A stretch of 64,000 bases of DNA from NCBI RefSeq assembly GCF_006345805.1, contig NW_021837034.1, positions 3,411 through 67,410 on the forward strand, in the 5' to 3' direction. The position numbers and the translations under genes are program-made. The DNA comes from Octopus sinensis (taxonomy: Eukaryota). The notes below the pieces were generated by a model. That model worked only from the letters and a program-made list of their open reading frames with translations, was not told the origin of the DNA and did no database searches. Shown here piece after piece: positions 52,974-64,000 of the stretch (position 1 is its first letter; every line of letters starts with the position of its first letter).

Positions 52974-53664
52974 ATTACATACAAGTAATTCTGTCATCTC
53001 TTGCGGTGAAGTGATTGATTTGCGTTTTGATGGAAATATTTTGCTCGATCGCCAATTGTTATGACGATACGTTTTCACACTACAACCGTGTAGTAACAAT
53101 AAAACATATGATGAAGCTGGGTAACAACAATACAACAATCCAACAAACTCTTCACAAACGATACACAAACCAACAAGCGATATTCCAACAAACTACCAAA
53201 ACGACACCTTACAACTTCCTGCGATTAATGCCTGCTCTGTTTCCCAATCTCACCTGGACTGCTACCATTTTTAGTCGTTTGGTTTGTCTATTCTTGCAGG
53301 AGGTGTCATGACTCTCACCACAACACACTTAAATCTATTGCTGTAAAGGAACAGCAAAAGACTAATTCCTTATTCTCTGTGGCCTGCTGTTTGCTGCGGT
53401 AGATTGTAACCTCTCTATGGTGTTAATTTCCTGTGAAAGCATGAAGCCCAGTATCTTTTTATCTTTTACCTGTTTCAGTCATTTGACTGTGGCCATGCTG
53501 GAGCACGACTGTTTAGTCAAACATATCGACTCCAGGACTTATTTTTTGTAAGCCTAGTACTTATTCTATCAGTCTCTGAACTGCTAAGTTATGGGGACAT
53601 AAACACACCACATCACTTGTCAAGTGACGGTGGAGGGACAAACACAGACACACAAACATATACG

Positions 53665-53808
53665 TTATTTACATTTGACAGATATTTGTCCTCATCTTGT
53701 TTGTTGTTAACACAACGTTTCGACTGATATACCCTCCAGCCTTCATCAGGTGCCTTGGGGAAATTTCAAACCTGGGTTCTCGTTTCTAAGATATTTTTCG
53801 ATGTTGTT
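53665..53808 (-). mobile_element. 5'-truncated copy of the hammerhead-bearing SINE-like element
   Basis: Reverse complement of 53996-54137. Confidence 0.85.
53709..53754 (-). ncRNA. minimal type I hammerhead ribozyme (intact core)
   Basis: Minus strand GGCAC-CUGAUGA-A-GGCUGG agggUAUA UCAGUC-GAAA-C-GUU-GUGUU. Stem I is GGCAC/GUGUU, stem II is 6 bp, there is an extra A after A9 and a palindromic AACGUU at helix III, as in Penelope-associated minimal hammerheads. Confidence 0.78.
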
Positions 53809-53860
53809 CTTGTGGGCAATTATGGCTTATAAATCTAATATTTTCCTATCTTTCCTTAAT

Positions 53861-53925
53861 ATGGTGTAGTGGTTAAGAGTGTGGGCTACTAACCCCAAGA
53901 TTCCATGTCCGATTCCAGGCAGCAA

Positions 53926-53999
<74 letters not shown>

Positions 54000-54147
54000 G
54001 CATAGAAAAATACCTTAGGAATGAGAACCCAGGTTTGAAATTTCTCCAAAACTCCTGATGAGGGCTGGATGGGTATATCAGCCGAAACATGTAAACATCA
54101 AACAAGATGAGGACAAATATCTGTCAAATGTAAATAATGTAAATAAT
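53861..54147 (+). mobile_element. tRNA-headed SINE-like element with (AAT)n linker, hammerhead motif and (ATGTAAATA)n tail
   Basis: A box TGGTGTAGTGG (53862), degenerate B box GTCCGATTCC (~53907), (AAT)n, CTGATGA-GGGCTGG...TCAGCC-GAAA at 54055-54087. Confidence 0.78.
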
Positions 54148-54769
54148 GGAATCAAAGATGGAAAAATTGGTAATGGGTGTATATGCATATATCAGTAATA
54201 ATGTGTATGTGTGCATATGTTTGTGTGCATATTTGTGTCCCTATACCTTAGTGGTTTAGTGAGACCAATAAAATAGGCACCAGGCTTACAAAATAAGTAC
54301 CTGGGATCAATTCATTTGGCTAAACCCTTCAATATGGCACTCCAGCTTGGCCACAGTCCAACGACTGACACAAGTAAGAGATTTTATGGTTCTTTTCCAA
54401 GCAAGACAACTCATTCCATCAGCTTTAGTTTACTTAGATGGGGTTACAAGAAATGAAGATTTTTGCTCAAGAACACAACACACCACCTAATCCAGGAATT
54501 GAAACCACAACCTCACAGCCGAGAGTGCAACACCCAAACCACCAGGCCAAGTACCTTCATCAGCAAGACATGTAGCAATTTGCCATTCTCATTGGTGATG
54601 GTCGGTGATCAACATCTAGGATTTACAATGCTGTGTTGTCCTCCCACACTGGACCTATTTACAGATTCTGGTGGATGGTGAGGAGGCTGGCAATCATCTC
54701 TGGCTTACAATGGTGTGCTGTACTCCTCCTACATTCTATCTGTTTACAGGAATCCAAATCAAGATTAAT

Positions 54770-55085
54770 GGCAGTGGTGGTAGAAGTGGCGGCGGTGGTA
54801 GTGGTGGTGGCAGTGGTGGTGGTGATGGTGGAAGTGAAGGTAGAAGTGGCGGCAGCAGCAGTGGTGGAGGTGATGGTAGTGGTGGTGGTGGTAGTATGAA
54901 AGTGATGGTGGCAGTGGTGATGGTGACGGTGGTAGTGGCGATGGTTGGCGTTGGTTGTGCTGGTGGTGTTGGTGTTGTGGGGTGGGAGTGAGGTGATGTG
55001 GTGATGGTTGTGGTGGCAGTGGTGGTGGTTGTTGTTGTGCTGGTGGTGGTGATGATGGCAGTAGTAGCTGTAACAGTGGTCATCT
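54770..55085. repeat. degenerate (GGT)n repeat
   Basis: Gly/Val-rich pseudo-ORFs. Confidence 0.9.
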
Positions 55086-55809
55086 CTAACCTCACAAGAG
55101 AGCTGTCCCACCTTTAGTAAGGTGAATCAAGCGTCAACCAGCTTGACCCAAGACACAGATTAACTTAGCAAGATTGAATATCAACTGTTTGGCTTCCATC
55201 TTGCAGAATGATCACCACCATCATCATCATCGTTTAACGTCTGCCTTCCATATTAGCATGGGTAGGACAGTTTCACAAGAGCTGGCCAGGCCAAAGCCTG
55301 CACCAGACTTCTGTGACTGTTTTGGCAGGAGTTTTACAGCTGGATGCCCTTCCTAACATCAAGCACTCAGTAGAGTGGACCTAGTGCTTTTTATGTGGCA
55401 CTAGCACAGGCAAGGTCAGTTTTGGCAAGGTTTTTACGGCTGGATGTCCTTCAGAATACCAACCACTTTACAGTGTGGACTGAGTGCTTTCAAGTGGCAC
55501 CTGCACTGACAGGGTCACCAAGTACTTGCAAGACAAAAAAAAATGAGCATTGGAGGAGGTGATCTTGTGTTGGATGATGAAAAGGTTATAATGAGACAGA
55601 TACAGGTGTCTTGCTTAAAAGAAAGTACAAGGTTACCTGGCCAGAGAGAGAAATATCAGGAATGCTCCAGAAACAAACATGATTGCAGTTTCCTCTGGTT
55701 AATTACTTTAAATTTAATTAGAAATTGCTTGTGTTACGTTTAATTCTGTCTTTCGCAATAGTTTCATTAGAGACAAGCATCCTATCCCGGTGGATATTTA
55801 TCTCATCTT

Positions 55810-56195
55810 TATTCTTTTACCTGTTTCAGTCAAATGACTGTGGCCATACTGGTGCACCACCTTAAAGGGTTTTAATCGAACAAATCGACCCCGGGCTTAT
55901 TCTTTGTAAGACTAGTACTTTGTCTATCACTCTCTTTTGCCAAACTGCTAAGTTACAGGTATGTAAACACAGAAACATTGGTTCTCAAGCAATGGTGTGG
56001 GGGTACAAACAAACACAAAGGTACACTCACATAATATGTATGATGGGCTTCTTTCAGTTTCCGTCTACCAAATCCACTCACAAGGCTTTGGTTGGCCCAA
56101 AGCTATAGTAGAAGACATTTGCCAGAGGTGCCATGTAGTGGTACTGAACCCAGAACTATGTGGTTGGGAAGCAAGCTTCTTACCTCATAGCCACA
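55810..56195 (-). mobile_element. SINE family A
   Basis: Reverse-complement copy. Confidence 0.85.
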
Positions 56196-56411
56196 GTAAA
56201 CAATATCACAGAAACTAGCCTCACACCAGTCAACTGAAGAGGTTTATGAGGGGAGATAATCATTAATAGATATCCTTAACTATTTTTCTTTTATTTGTTT
56301 CACTCACTGGACTGTGGTCATGCTGGAGCAGTGTTTTGAAGGGTTTTGTTGAAGAAATAGGTTCCAGTATTGATGCTTGTTTTTTTAAAATCTAATATTT
56401 ATTCTATCAAA

Positions 56412-56820
56412 GGTGCAAGACTGGCTGTATGGTAAGTAGCTTACTTACCAACCACATGGTTCCGGGTTCAGTCCCACTGCGTGGCACCTTGGGCAAGTGT
56501 CTTCTACTATAGCCTTGGGCCGACCTAAGCCTTGTGAGTGGATTTGGTGGACAGAAACTGAAAGAAGCCCGTCGTATATGTATAAATATATATATATATG
56601 TGGGTTTATATTTGTGTGTCTGTGTTTAATCCCCCCAACATCACTTGACAACCGATGCTGGTGTGTTTACATCCCCGTAACTTAGCAGTTCAGCAAAAGA
56701 GACCGATAGAATAAGTAGTAGGCTTACAAATAATAAGCTCTGGGGTCGATTTGCTCAACTAAAGACAGTGCTCCAGCATGGCCACAGTCAAATGACTGAA
56801 ACAAGTAAGGGAGTAAGGGA
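56412..56820 (+). mobile_element. SINE family A, full length
   Basis: Matches the 7134 copy. Lies inverted relative to 55810-56195. Confidence 0.9.
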
Positions 56821-57254
56821 GGGAGTATCTTTTGCCAAACAGCCAGGTCACAGGGATGTGAACAAACCAACACGGGTCATCAAGCAGTGAAGAGTGACAA
56901 ACGTTGACACAAACACACAAACACAAACATACATCATCATGAACATTGTCATCATCATGGTCATCTTTTAATGTCCGTTTTTCATGCAGATATGAGTTGG
57001 ATGGTTTGACAGGAACTGTCAGTCAGAAGACTACACCAAGTTCCATTGTCTGTTGTGGCATTGGCTTCTACAGCTGGATGCCCTTCCTAATGCCAACCTC
57101 TTCACAGAGTGGACTGTGTGCTTTTTATGTGGCACCAGCTCTAGTGAGGTTACCATGTATCTTGAAGACAAAAGCCTTCGATATAGTGAGGGAACAGTAA
57201 TGAGGGACAAAAGAAGTTGTCTTGCATTAGAAGGGAAACGTGGGTACCTCAGGT

Positions 57255-57500
57255 GGGGGAGAGAGAGAGAAAGAGAGAGAGAGGCGAGAAAGTGTGGGGA
57301 GAGAGAAAGAGAGTGGTGAGAAAGAGGGGCGAGAGAGAAAGGGAGAGAGAGGTGAGAAGGAGGGAATGGAGAGGCAAGAAGATGGGAGAGAGAGAGAGAG
57401 GGGGAGGAAGGGAGTGGTGAGAAAGAGTGGAAAGAGAGAGAGAGAGAGGGGGAGGAAGGGAGTGGTGAGAAAGAGTGGAAAGAGAGAGAGAGAGAAAAGA
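57255..57500. repeat. purine-rich (GA)n-derived minisatellite
   Basis: Repeated gagagagaggggaggaagggagtggtgagaaagagtggaaa. Confidence 0.85.
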
Positions 57501-57780
57501 TGGTGAAGATGTGACAGGGAAGGAGACAGGAATGAGTGCACTGGAGACTGGACAGAGTGAGAGGGCAAATAGGCTTCTTTCAGTTTCTATCTACCAAATC
57601 CACCAAGAAGGTTTTGACCAGCCCAGAACTATAGAAGAAAACACTTTTCCTGAAAGCCACACAGTGGGACTGAACCTGAAACCATGAGATTGTGAAACAC
57701 ACAGCCATATCTGCATTGATCAAGCAAATAGAATGTATAAAATCACTCTTTTCATGTTGTATTTGATAAGTTTCCCCTTT

Positions 57781-58086
57781 GTTATTGTTTGTTCCTTCGC
57801 AAGCCATGCCTGGCTCATAAGGGCCGGTTTCCCGGTTTCCTAGGCATATAGGTTCCCCACCTGGATGGGATGCCGGTTTGTCGCAGGTGTGCTGCATGAT
57901 GCAGGAGGAAAGAGTGAGAGAAAGTTGTGACGAAAGAGTCAGCAGAAGTACACCATTACCTTCTGCCGGGGCCGCGTGGAGCTTAGACGTTTCACTTATT
58001 AACACACACATCACCCGGTCTGAGATTTGAACGCGTGATCCCTTGACTGCGAGTCTGCTGCTTTAGCCACTAGGCCATGTGCCTCC
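57781..58086 (-). mobile_element. tRNA-derived SINE family B
   Basis: Reverse complement of 3793-4096. Confidence 0.88.
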
Positions 58087-58339
58087 ACTAAGTTACCTCT
58101 TTGCTCTCTTAAAAAGAAATGTTATTTCCAACTTCCCTTCTCTGAATGTGCCCTGGTTGATCTAATGTGACCTGTGGGCTATACACTCTGAAGGCTTAAT
58201 GTTACAGAGTAATTAACACACAATCGAATTGTACACGACACATGTCTTCACAAAAAAAGATCAATTACACACTGTGCACAATATATATAACTGTGTGTGT
58301 GTGTGTGTATATGTATATATGAGAGAGAGAGATAGATAA

Positions 58340-58382
<43 letters not shown>

Positions 58383-58492
58383 TATATAATATATATATGC
58401 ACACATATACATATAAATACAGATATATATATATCTAAGCAGACACATACACACATATATGTATACACTCTATTAAAATATCTATCTATATA

Positions 58493-58586
<94 letters not shown>

Positions 58587-59461
58587 CACACATATATATA
58601 TGAAAGAATATATATCTCTGTGTACACTATATGCAATATACATACATACATATTTATATACACACACATACACACAGTTAAAGACAATATATATGTATAT
58701 GTATGTGTTTGTATGTGTTTTTATAGAAAGAAATCCAAAGTAATTGTACATGTTCTGTCGGAATCGTTGGCTGTCGGAGTTATAATGCCGTTCTCTTTAA
58801 TAATGTATTGCATGTTTGACATACAATCAAATTACACTGTGTAACATTAAACATTTTTTCCCTTCCCTTTCCTGATATCTGCTTATAATTTCCATAAGAT
58901 GTCTACCCTGCAAGGTATTCTCATTTATCAACTAATATTTTATCTTTTTGCAGCTTTTGTTATAAATGCCTTCATTTTTTAAAATTATTTTTTTTACCTT
59001 TTTTCAAGGCTATATTTGTTGATTTTATTTTATTTATTTTATTTTTTTTTGGTAATGGTGGAATGCAAAATGTCATTTGTCCATATTATCTTTCATCTGT
59101 TATTGCTCCTGTTATCTCTTACTTGTTTCAGTCAAGAGTCTGTGGCCAGGCTGGGGCACCACCATGAAGTGTTGTGCAACCACATTCCTTTTCTTTTTTT
59201 TTTAAAGTCTGCTTCCCATTTTATTGGTTTCTTTTGCTGAAGTGCCAATTCTTGGGGATGTAAACCAACCAACACCTGTTATCAAGCAAGGCTGGGGTAC
59301 GGTGAACATGACACAAAAGCATACATAGGAGCAGCTGTGTGGTTCCAGGTTCAGTCCCACTGCATGGCACCTTGTGCAACTGTCTTCTGCTATAGCCTCA
59401 ATTCAACCATGCCTTGTGAGTGGACTTGGCAGACGGAAACTGAAAGAAGCCCATTGTATAT

Positions 59462-59528
<67 letters not shown>

Positions 59529-59724
59529 ATATATATTTAAAATAGTAAGGGTGAAAAATCGAATATTAATTTGATTAATATCAATTTAAAACCTGTGGTC
59601 TAGCATATTAAAATCTGAAGATTCAGAAAAATTATATTACATACATATAAGAGGGATGACCACTACGTGGACATCATAGCGGATCTACTTCTAGCATAAT
59701 GCATGTCCACGTAGTGGTCATCCC

Positions 59725-60490
59725 TCACGACCTTCGAGCATTAGGCTTCACCAAGGAAATGACCAGTGATCGAGACTTTTGGAAATATGCTGTGCTTGAG
59801 AAGACCCAGCAAGCCAAATGACACCATAACCTGTGGCCTATGCCAGGAGCGTAACCAGCCCACTTATGCATACCTTTTCCTTCTTTGGTCACTAAACTCT
59901 GCTTGCGAAGACCTGTTGAGGCAAGTGAAATCACAATCAAAATCAAGTCGATGACTGGCATCCATGCTAGCGGGGTGCAAACAGCACCATATGAGTGTGA
60001 ATGTTGACAGAGCGGCTAACTGGCTTCCATGCCAGTGGCACATAAAAGGGCACCATTCGAGTGTGATCATTACCAGCGTCGCCTTACTGGCACTTGTGCA
60101 TGTGTTAGTAGGTTGCCAAGAGCACCATCCGAGTGTGATCATTGCCAGAGCAGCCAACTGGCTTCCATACCTGAGGCACGTAAAAGGGCACCATTCGAGC
60201 GTGATCGTTACCAACATCGCTTCACTGGCACCTGTGCCAGTGGCACGTGTAAAAAGATTTGAGCTAGGTCATTGCCAGTACCACCTGACTGGCTCCTGTG
60301 CTGGAGGCACGTAAAAAGCACCCACTACACTCTCGGAGTGGTTGGCGTTAGGAAGGGCATCCAGCTGTAGAAACTCTGCCAAATCAAGATTGGAACCTGC
60401 TGCAGCCATCTGGTTTGCCAGCCCTCAGTCAAAATCGTCCAACCCATGCTAGCATGGAAAGCGGACACTAAACGATGATGACGATGATGA
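59725..60490 (+). mobile_element. 5'-truncated RTE LINE (C-terminus + 3'UTR)
   Basis: HDLRALGFTKEMTSDRDFWKYAVLEKTQQAK*, then a 3'UTR with tandem sub-repeats and the gcatggaaagcggacactaaac(gat)n tail. Confidence 0.85.
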
Positions 60491-60902
60491 TATATATATA
60501 TATATGTATGTATATATATTTTGTAATCACTTAGCGAATTCAATGCCGAGGCGTTGTTAAGCCGTTATTAAGAATAAAGGCTACAGCACAAAGTACTAAT
60601 ATGTATTTTGTTCTTGTTGCTCATTTTTGCTACAAACTTAAGCTTTAAATAAGATTATAACGATACGGTCTTAAACTAATTTTGCCAGTAAATTTGAAAC
60701 ATTTATATTAATTCAGCATTAGAATTCTTCAAGTTGTATAAAAATAGTTATTGTCTACATCATTCGAAAGAGAAATAAATTCTGCATAAGGTGTATAAAA
60801 GAAAAAAATAATTTGTATGGTGTTAATAATAAAATATTTTGTAAGAAATAGAACTTTTATCACTGGTCTTAAATTTATTTTGACCAGTGTAGTTTTAATT
60901 GT

Positions 60903-61332
60903 AAAAAGTGTTTCATCTTCAATAGAATTTCTTAATTTGTCGTACATGTATATTTTAGCTAACATTTTAATTGCCAGCATCAGCACCCAGTACACATTTA
61001 AGATATAGTATGGTAGGGTAGGGTATTAAGATATTTTTAATGAGGAAGGTGGTCGATGCAGAAAGAGAAGTGGCTAAAAGGGAGTCAAATCAGAAGAAGA
61101 AGTGACTAAAGGTGGTCGATGGTCAAAAAAGTTTGGCAACCCCTGGTCGAAAGTTTTGAATAGTTAAAAGTGTGTCATCTTCAATAGAATTTCTTAAGTG
61201 GTTGTACATGAATATATATAGTACAGTAGAGTAGGGTATTAAGATATTTTAAATAAGAAGGGTGGTCGATGCAGAAAGAGAAGTAGCTAAAGAGGGTGGT
61301 CGATGATCGAATAGGTTTGGCAACCCCTGGTC
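60903..61332. mobile_element. two tandem right ends of a hAT (Charlie-like) element
   Basis: Two related ~170-245-bp blocks, each ending GTTTGGCAACCCCTG (reverse complement CAGGGGTTGCCAAAC). Confidence 0.7.
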
Positions 61333-61559
61333 TAAAGTCTTGTGTTTATTAGCATTATTGAGTTTTGTAATAACGAATTAAATCATTTCGATTTCCTTCT
61401 TTAATTAATTCCTCGTGTTTGGTTTCCATATGAATGGTGATATTCCTGCCTAAAGGTTAGTTAAACAAGCTCAGTTCTTCAGTCTTTTATGATAACATAT
61501 TGTCATTTTGCCTTTGCGGATATTCTTCTGTTTGTTAGTCCGACATCCAACAGATTAGG

Positions 61560-62380
61560 TGTGGTGTGCATGTGTGCGTGGGTGTGAGTGTGTGTGTGTG
61601 GGTGTGTGGGTGTGTGTGTGTGTATTTGTGTGTGCATGTGTGAATGTGTGTGAGTATGTGCGTATATATGTGTGTGTGTGTGTGCGTGTGTGCATTTGTG
61701 TGTGCATATTTATGTGTGTGTCTGTGTGTGCAAGTATGTGTGCATGTATGTGTGTGTGCATGTGTGTGTATGTGTGTGTGCTTGTGTGTGTGTGCATGTG
61801 TGTTTAAGTATTTGTGTGCATGTATGTGTATCTGCCTGTGTGTGCACGTGTGCATGCATCTGTATGTACACATGCATGTGCATGTGTATGTGTGTGTCTG
61901 TGCACGTGTGTATGTGGGTGTTATAAATGTTGCCGATGATGTGGTGACAGTACAGGCGGTGTTAGGGATGGTGGTGGTGATGATGATATCAGGGATGGTT
62001 GTATGACTGAATGTCGTGATGGTTGCAAGGTAAATGGAGGTGTTGATGGTATTGGTGGTGGTGATGGTGGTGGCAGTGGTAGTAGTGGTGGCGGCGAGGG
62101 TGATGGTGGTGTGGGTGATGGTGGTGAAGGTGATGGTGTTGAGGGTGAGGGTGATGGCGGTGGAAGTGGTGGTAGTGGTGGTGTTGGTGGTTACGGTGCT
62201 GGTGGGGATGATGGTGATGATGGTGGTGGAGGTAGCAGGGGGTGGCGATAGCAGTGGTGACAGTAGTGGAGGTGGAGCGGGGGATGTTGGCAACTTCAGT
62301 ACCGACAGCAGCAGCAGCTGCATCTGAGATGGAGGCAGCGGAGGAGGTGGCAACGGGAGCAATCCTGATGGCGGTGAGAA
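61560..62380. repeat. (GT)n followed by a degenerate (GGT)n repeat
   Basis: Direct inspection. Confidence 0.9.
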
Positions 62381-62447
62381 TACATTGGGAAAACCACAAA
62401 CTTAACACAAGTTTTTACACAATAAAGACCTGATGAAATATTTTGAC

Positions 62448-62601
62448 TTATTCATCAGGATTCCTATTGACATTTTCAAGAATGTATACAGCATCTGAAG
62501 AGAAAACAACCTGTAGACAAAGACTGTCATTAGAAGTGAACTTCATATTCAAGAATTTCTGCTTCATTCTAATTTTCAATTGACTTCTGTTTTTGTACCC
62601 T
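62448..62601 (-). other. possible exon (terminal?) of a minus-strand gene lying to the right
   Basis: A long U-rich tract ending ttttctgtcacag|AGGG at 62602/62601 precedes unique sequence. No recognisable protein in any frame. Confidence 0.3.
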
Positions 62602-62727
62602 CTGTGACAGAAAAAGAAAAAAAAAAAACAAAATGACAAACAAAAAGAAAAGAAAAAGGAGAAAATAACATTAATTTCCCTCCTCCTATGTGTGTGTATG
62701 TGTATGCACGCGCTTTGTGTGTGTCTA

Positions 62728-62774
<47 letters not shown>

Positions 62775-63490
62775 GTATATATATAGATATGTATATATAT
62801 ATGTATATGTATATATGTTTGCAAATATATATAACATGTGTGAGTGCGCGCGTGTGTGTGTGCATGCATGCGTGTGTGTGCATGCATGTGTGTGCATGTG
62901 TGATTGTATATGATGTATATGTATATATATATATGCATGTATATATATAATATACACATATATATATATGTATGTATATATATAAAGACATATATAGAGA
63001 CACAGTATCTCAAGGATGTTGTTGATGGTATTACAGTTTATATATAGTGTGTGTTTGTGTGTGTGTATGTCTGTGTGTATATATAATATATATATATATG
63101 TGTGTGTGTATGTCTGTGTGTATATATAATATATATATATATATAATATATATATATAATATATATAAGAGAGGGAGAGAGAGAGAGAGAAGAGAGAGAG
63201 GAAAGAGATAGACAGATAGATAGGTAGATAGACAGACAGATAGACAGATAGATAGATACAGATATAGAGATATAGATATATGTATAGAATACAATATAAA
63301 CCTACATCTAGAGTACACCCAAACCCACACACAACAAACCTTCCACACACACAACAACCCTTCACACAACACACATTGTATTTTCCATTTAACATTCTGT
63401 AGTAAAGTCCAAACAGATAAGGTTAAGGCTTGGTGGATAATCAGTTTTGTCTAAGTTACAAAAAGTAGTATAATATAATATAATAATACT

Positions 63491-63529
<39 letters not shown>

Positions 63530-64000
63530 TCTTAATGTATAGATTCAATCTTTACCATTAATATAGCATGTTGCTTTGTTATTGTAGCTATGCTGCTTCT
63601 GATTATTATTATTATTATTAGTATTATATTATTATTATTATTAGATTATTATTATTATTATTATTATTGTTGTGGGTGTTGTTATTATTATTATTATTAT
63701 TATTATATTATTATTATTATTATAATTAGTTTGTTTGTATATTTTCTTTTCTGCAATAACCTGCAACTAAGAAAGAACAGACAGAAATGAAATATACTCC
63801 CTAGAGAGTACGGAGAATAGGACAGAAAAATAAGGCCTTCTTATATGTGTGTGTGTGTGTATGCATGTGTGTATGCGTGTATGCATACAAACATACATAC
63901 ATAAATAAATACATACATATAATATAATACATATATATATATATATACATACATACATATATGTATCTATGTCGGTATGTATATATATATATCTATATAT

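Noticed and set aside
63556-63760. Minus-strand exon-like segment (acceptor ttgcag, donor gtaaag) with an Asn-rich start
   Set aside because: The frame shifts within (AAT)n and hits a stop codon. It is more simply a microsatellite.

Overview
Eukaryotic, AT-rich, extremely microsatellite- and SINE-dense DNA whose repeat families and (TA)n/(CA)n load point to a cephalopod, most likely Octopus (inference). Only one protein-coding gene is clearly recognisable: SF3B5 (splicing factor 3B subunit 5; intronless CDS 32688-32945, + strand, probably with a 5'UTR intron). Almost all other ORFs in the track are translations of simple repeats or SINEs. The rest is mobile-element debris: several tRNA-derived SINE families, RTE and CR1/L2-like LINE relics, mariner fragments, MULE-, hAT- and piggyBac-like MITEs and a probable Penelope-like relic. 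The most notable observations are: (1) a tRNA-headed SINE-like element carrying a minimal type I hammerhead ribozyme, present as an inverted pair at 53.7-54.1 kb, plus two more hammerhead-like motifs in other repeats; (2) an ~880 bp satellite that has grown out of an 11-bp dimer inside a mariner transposase coding sequence; (3) a diverged U6 snRNA copy; (4) a 9-bp-TSD foldback MITE in the putative SF3B5 5'UTR intron, and several unexplained stem-loop clusters in the CpG-rich 26-34 kb zone. All calls were made by eye, without database searches. Repeat boundaries are approximate.
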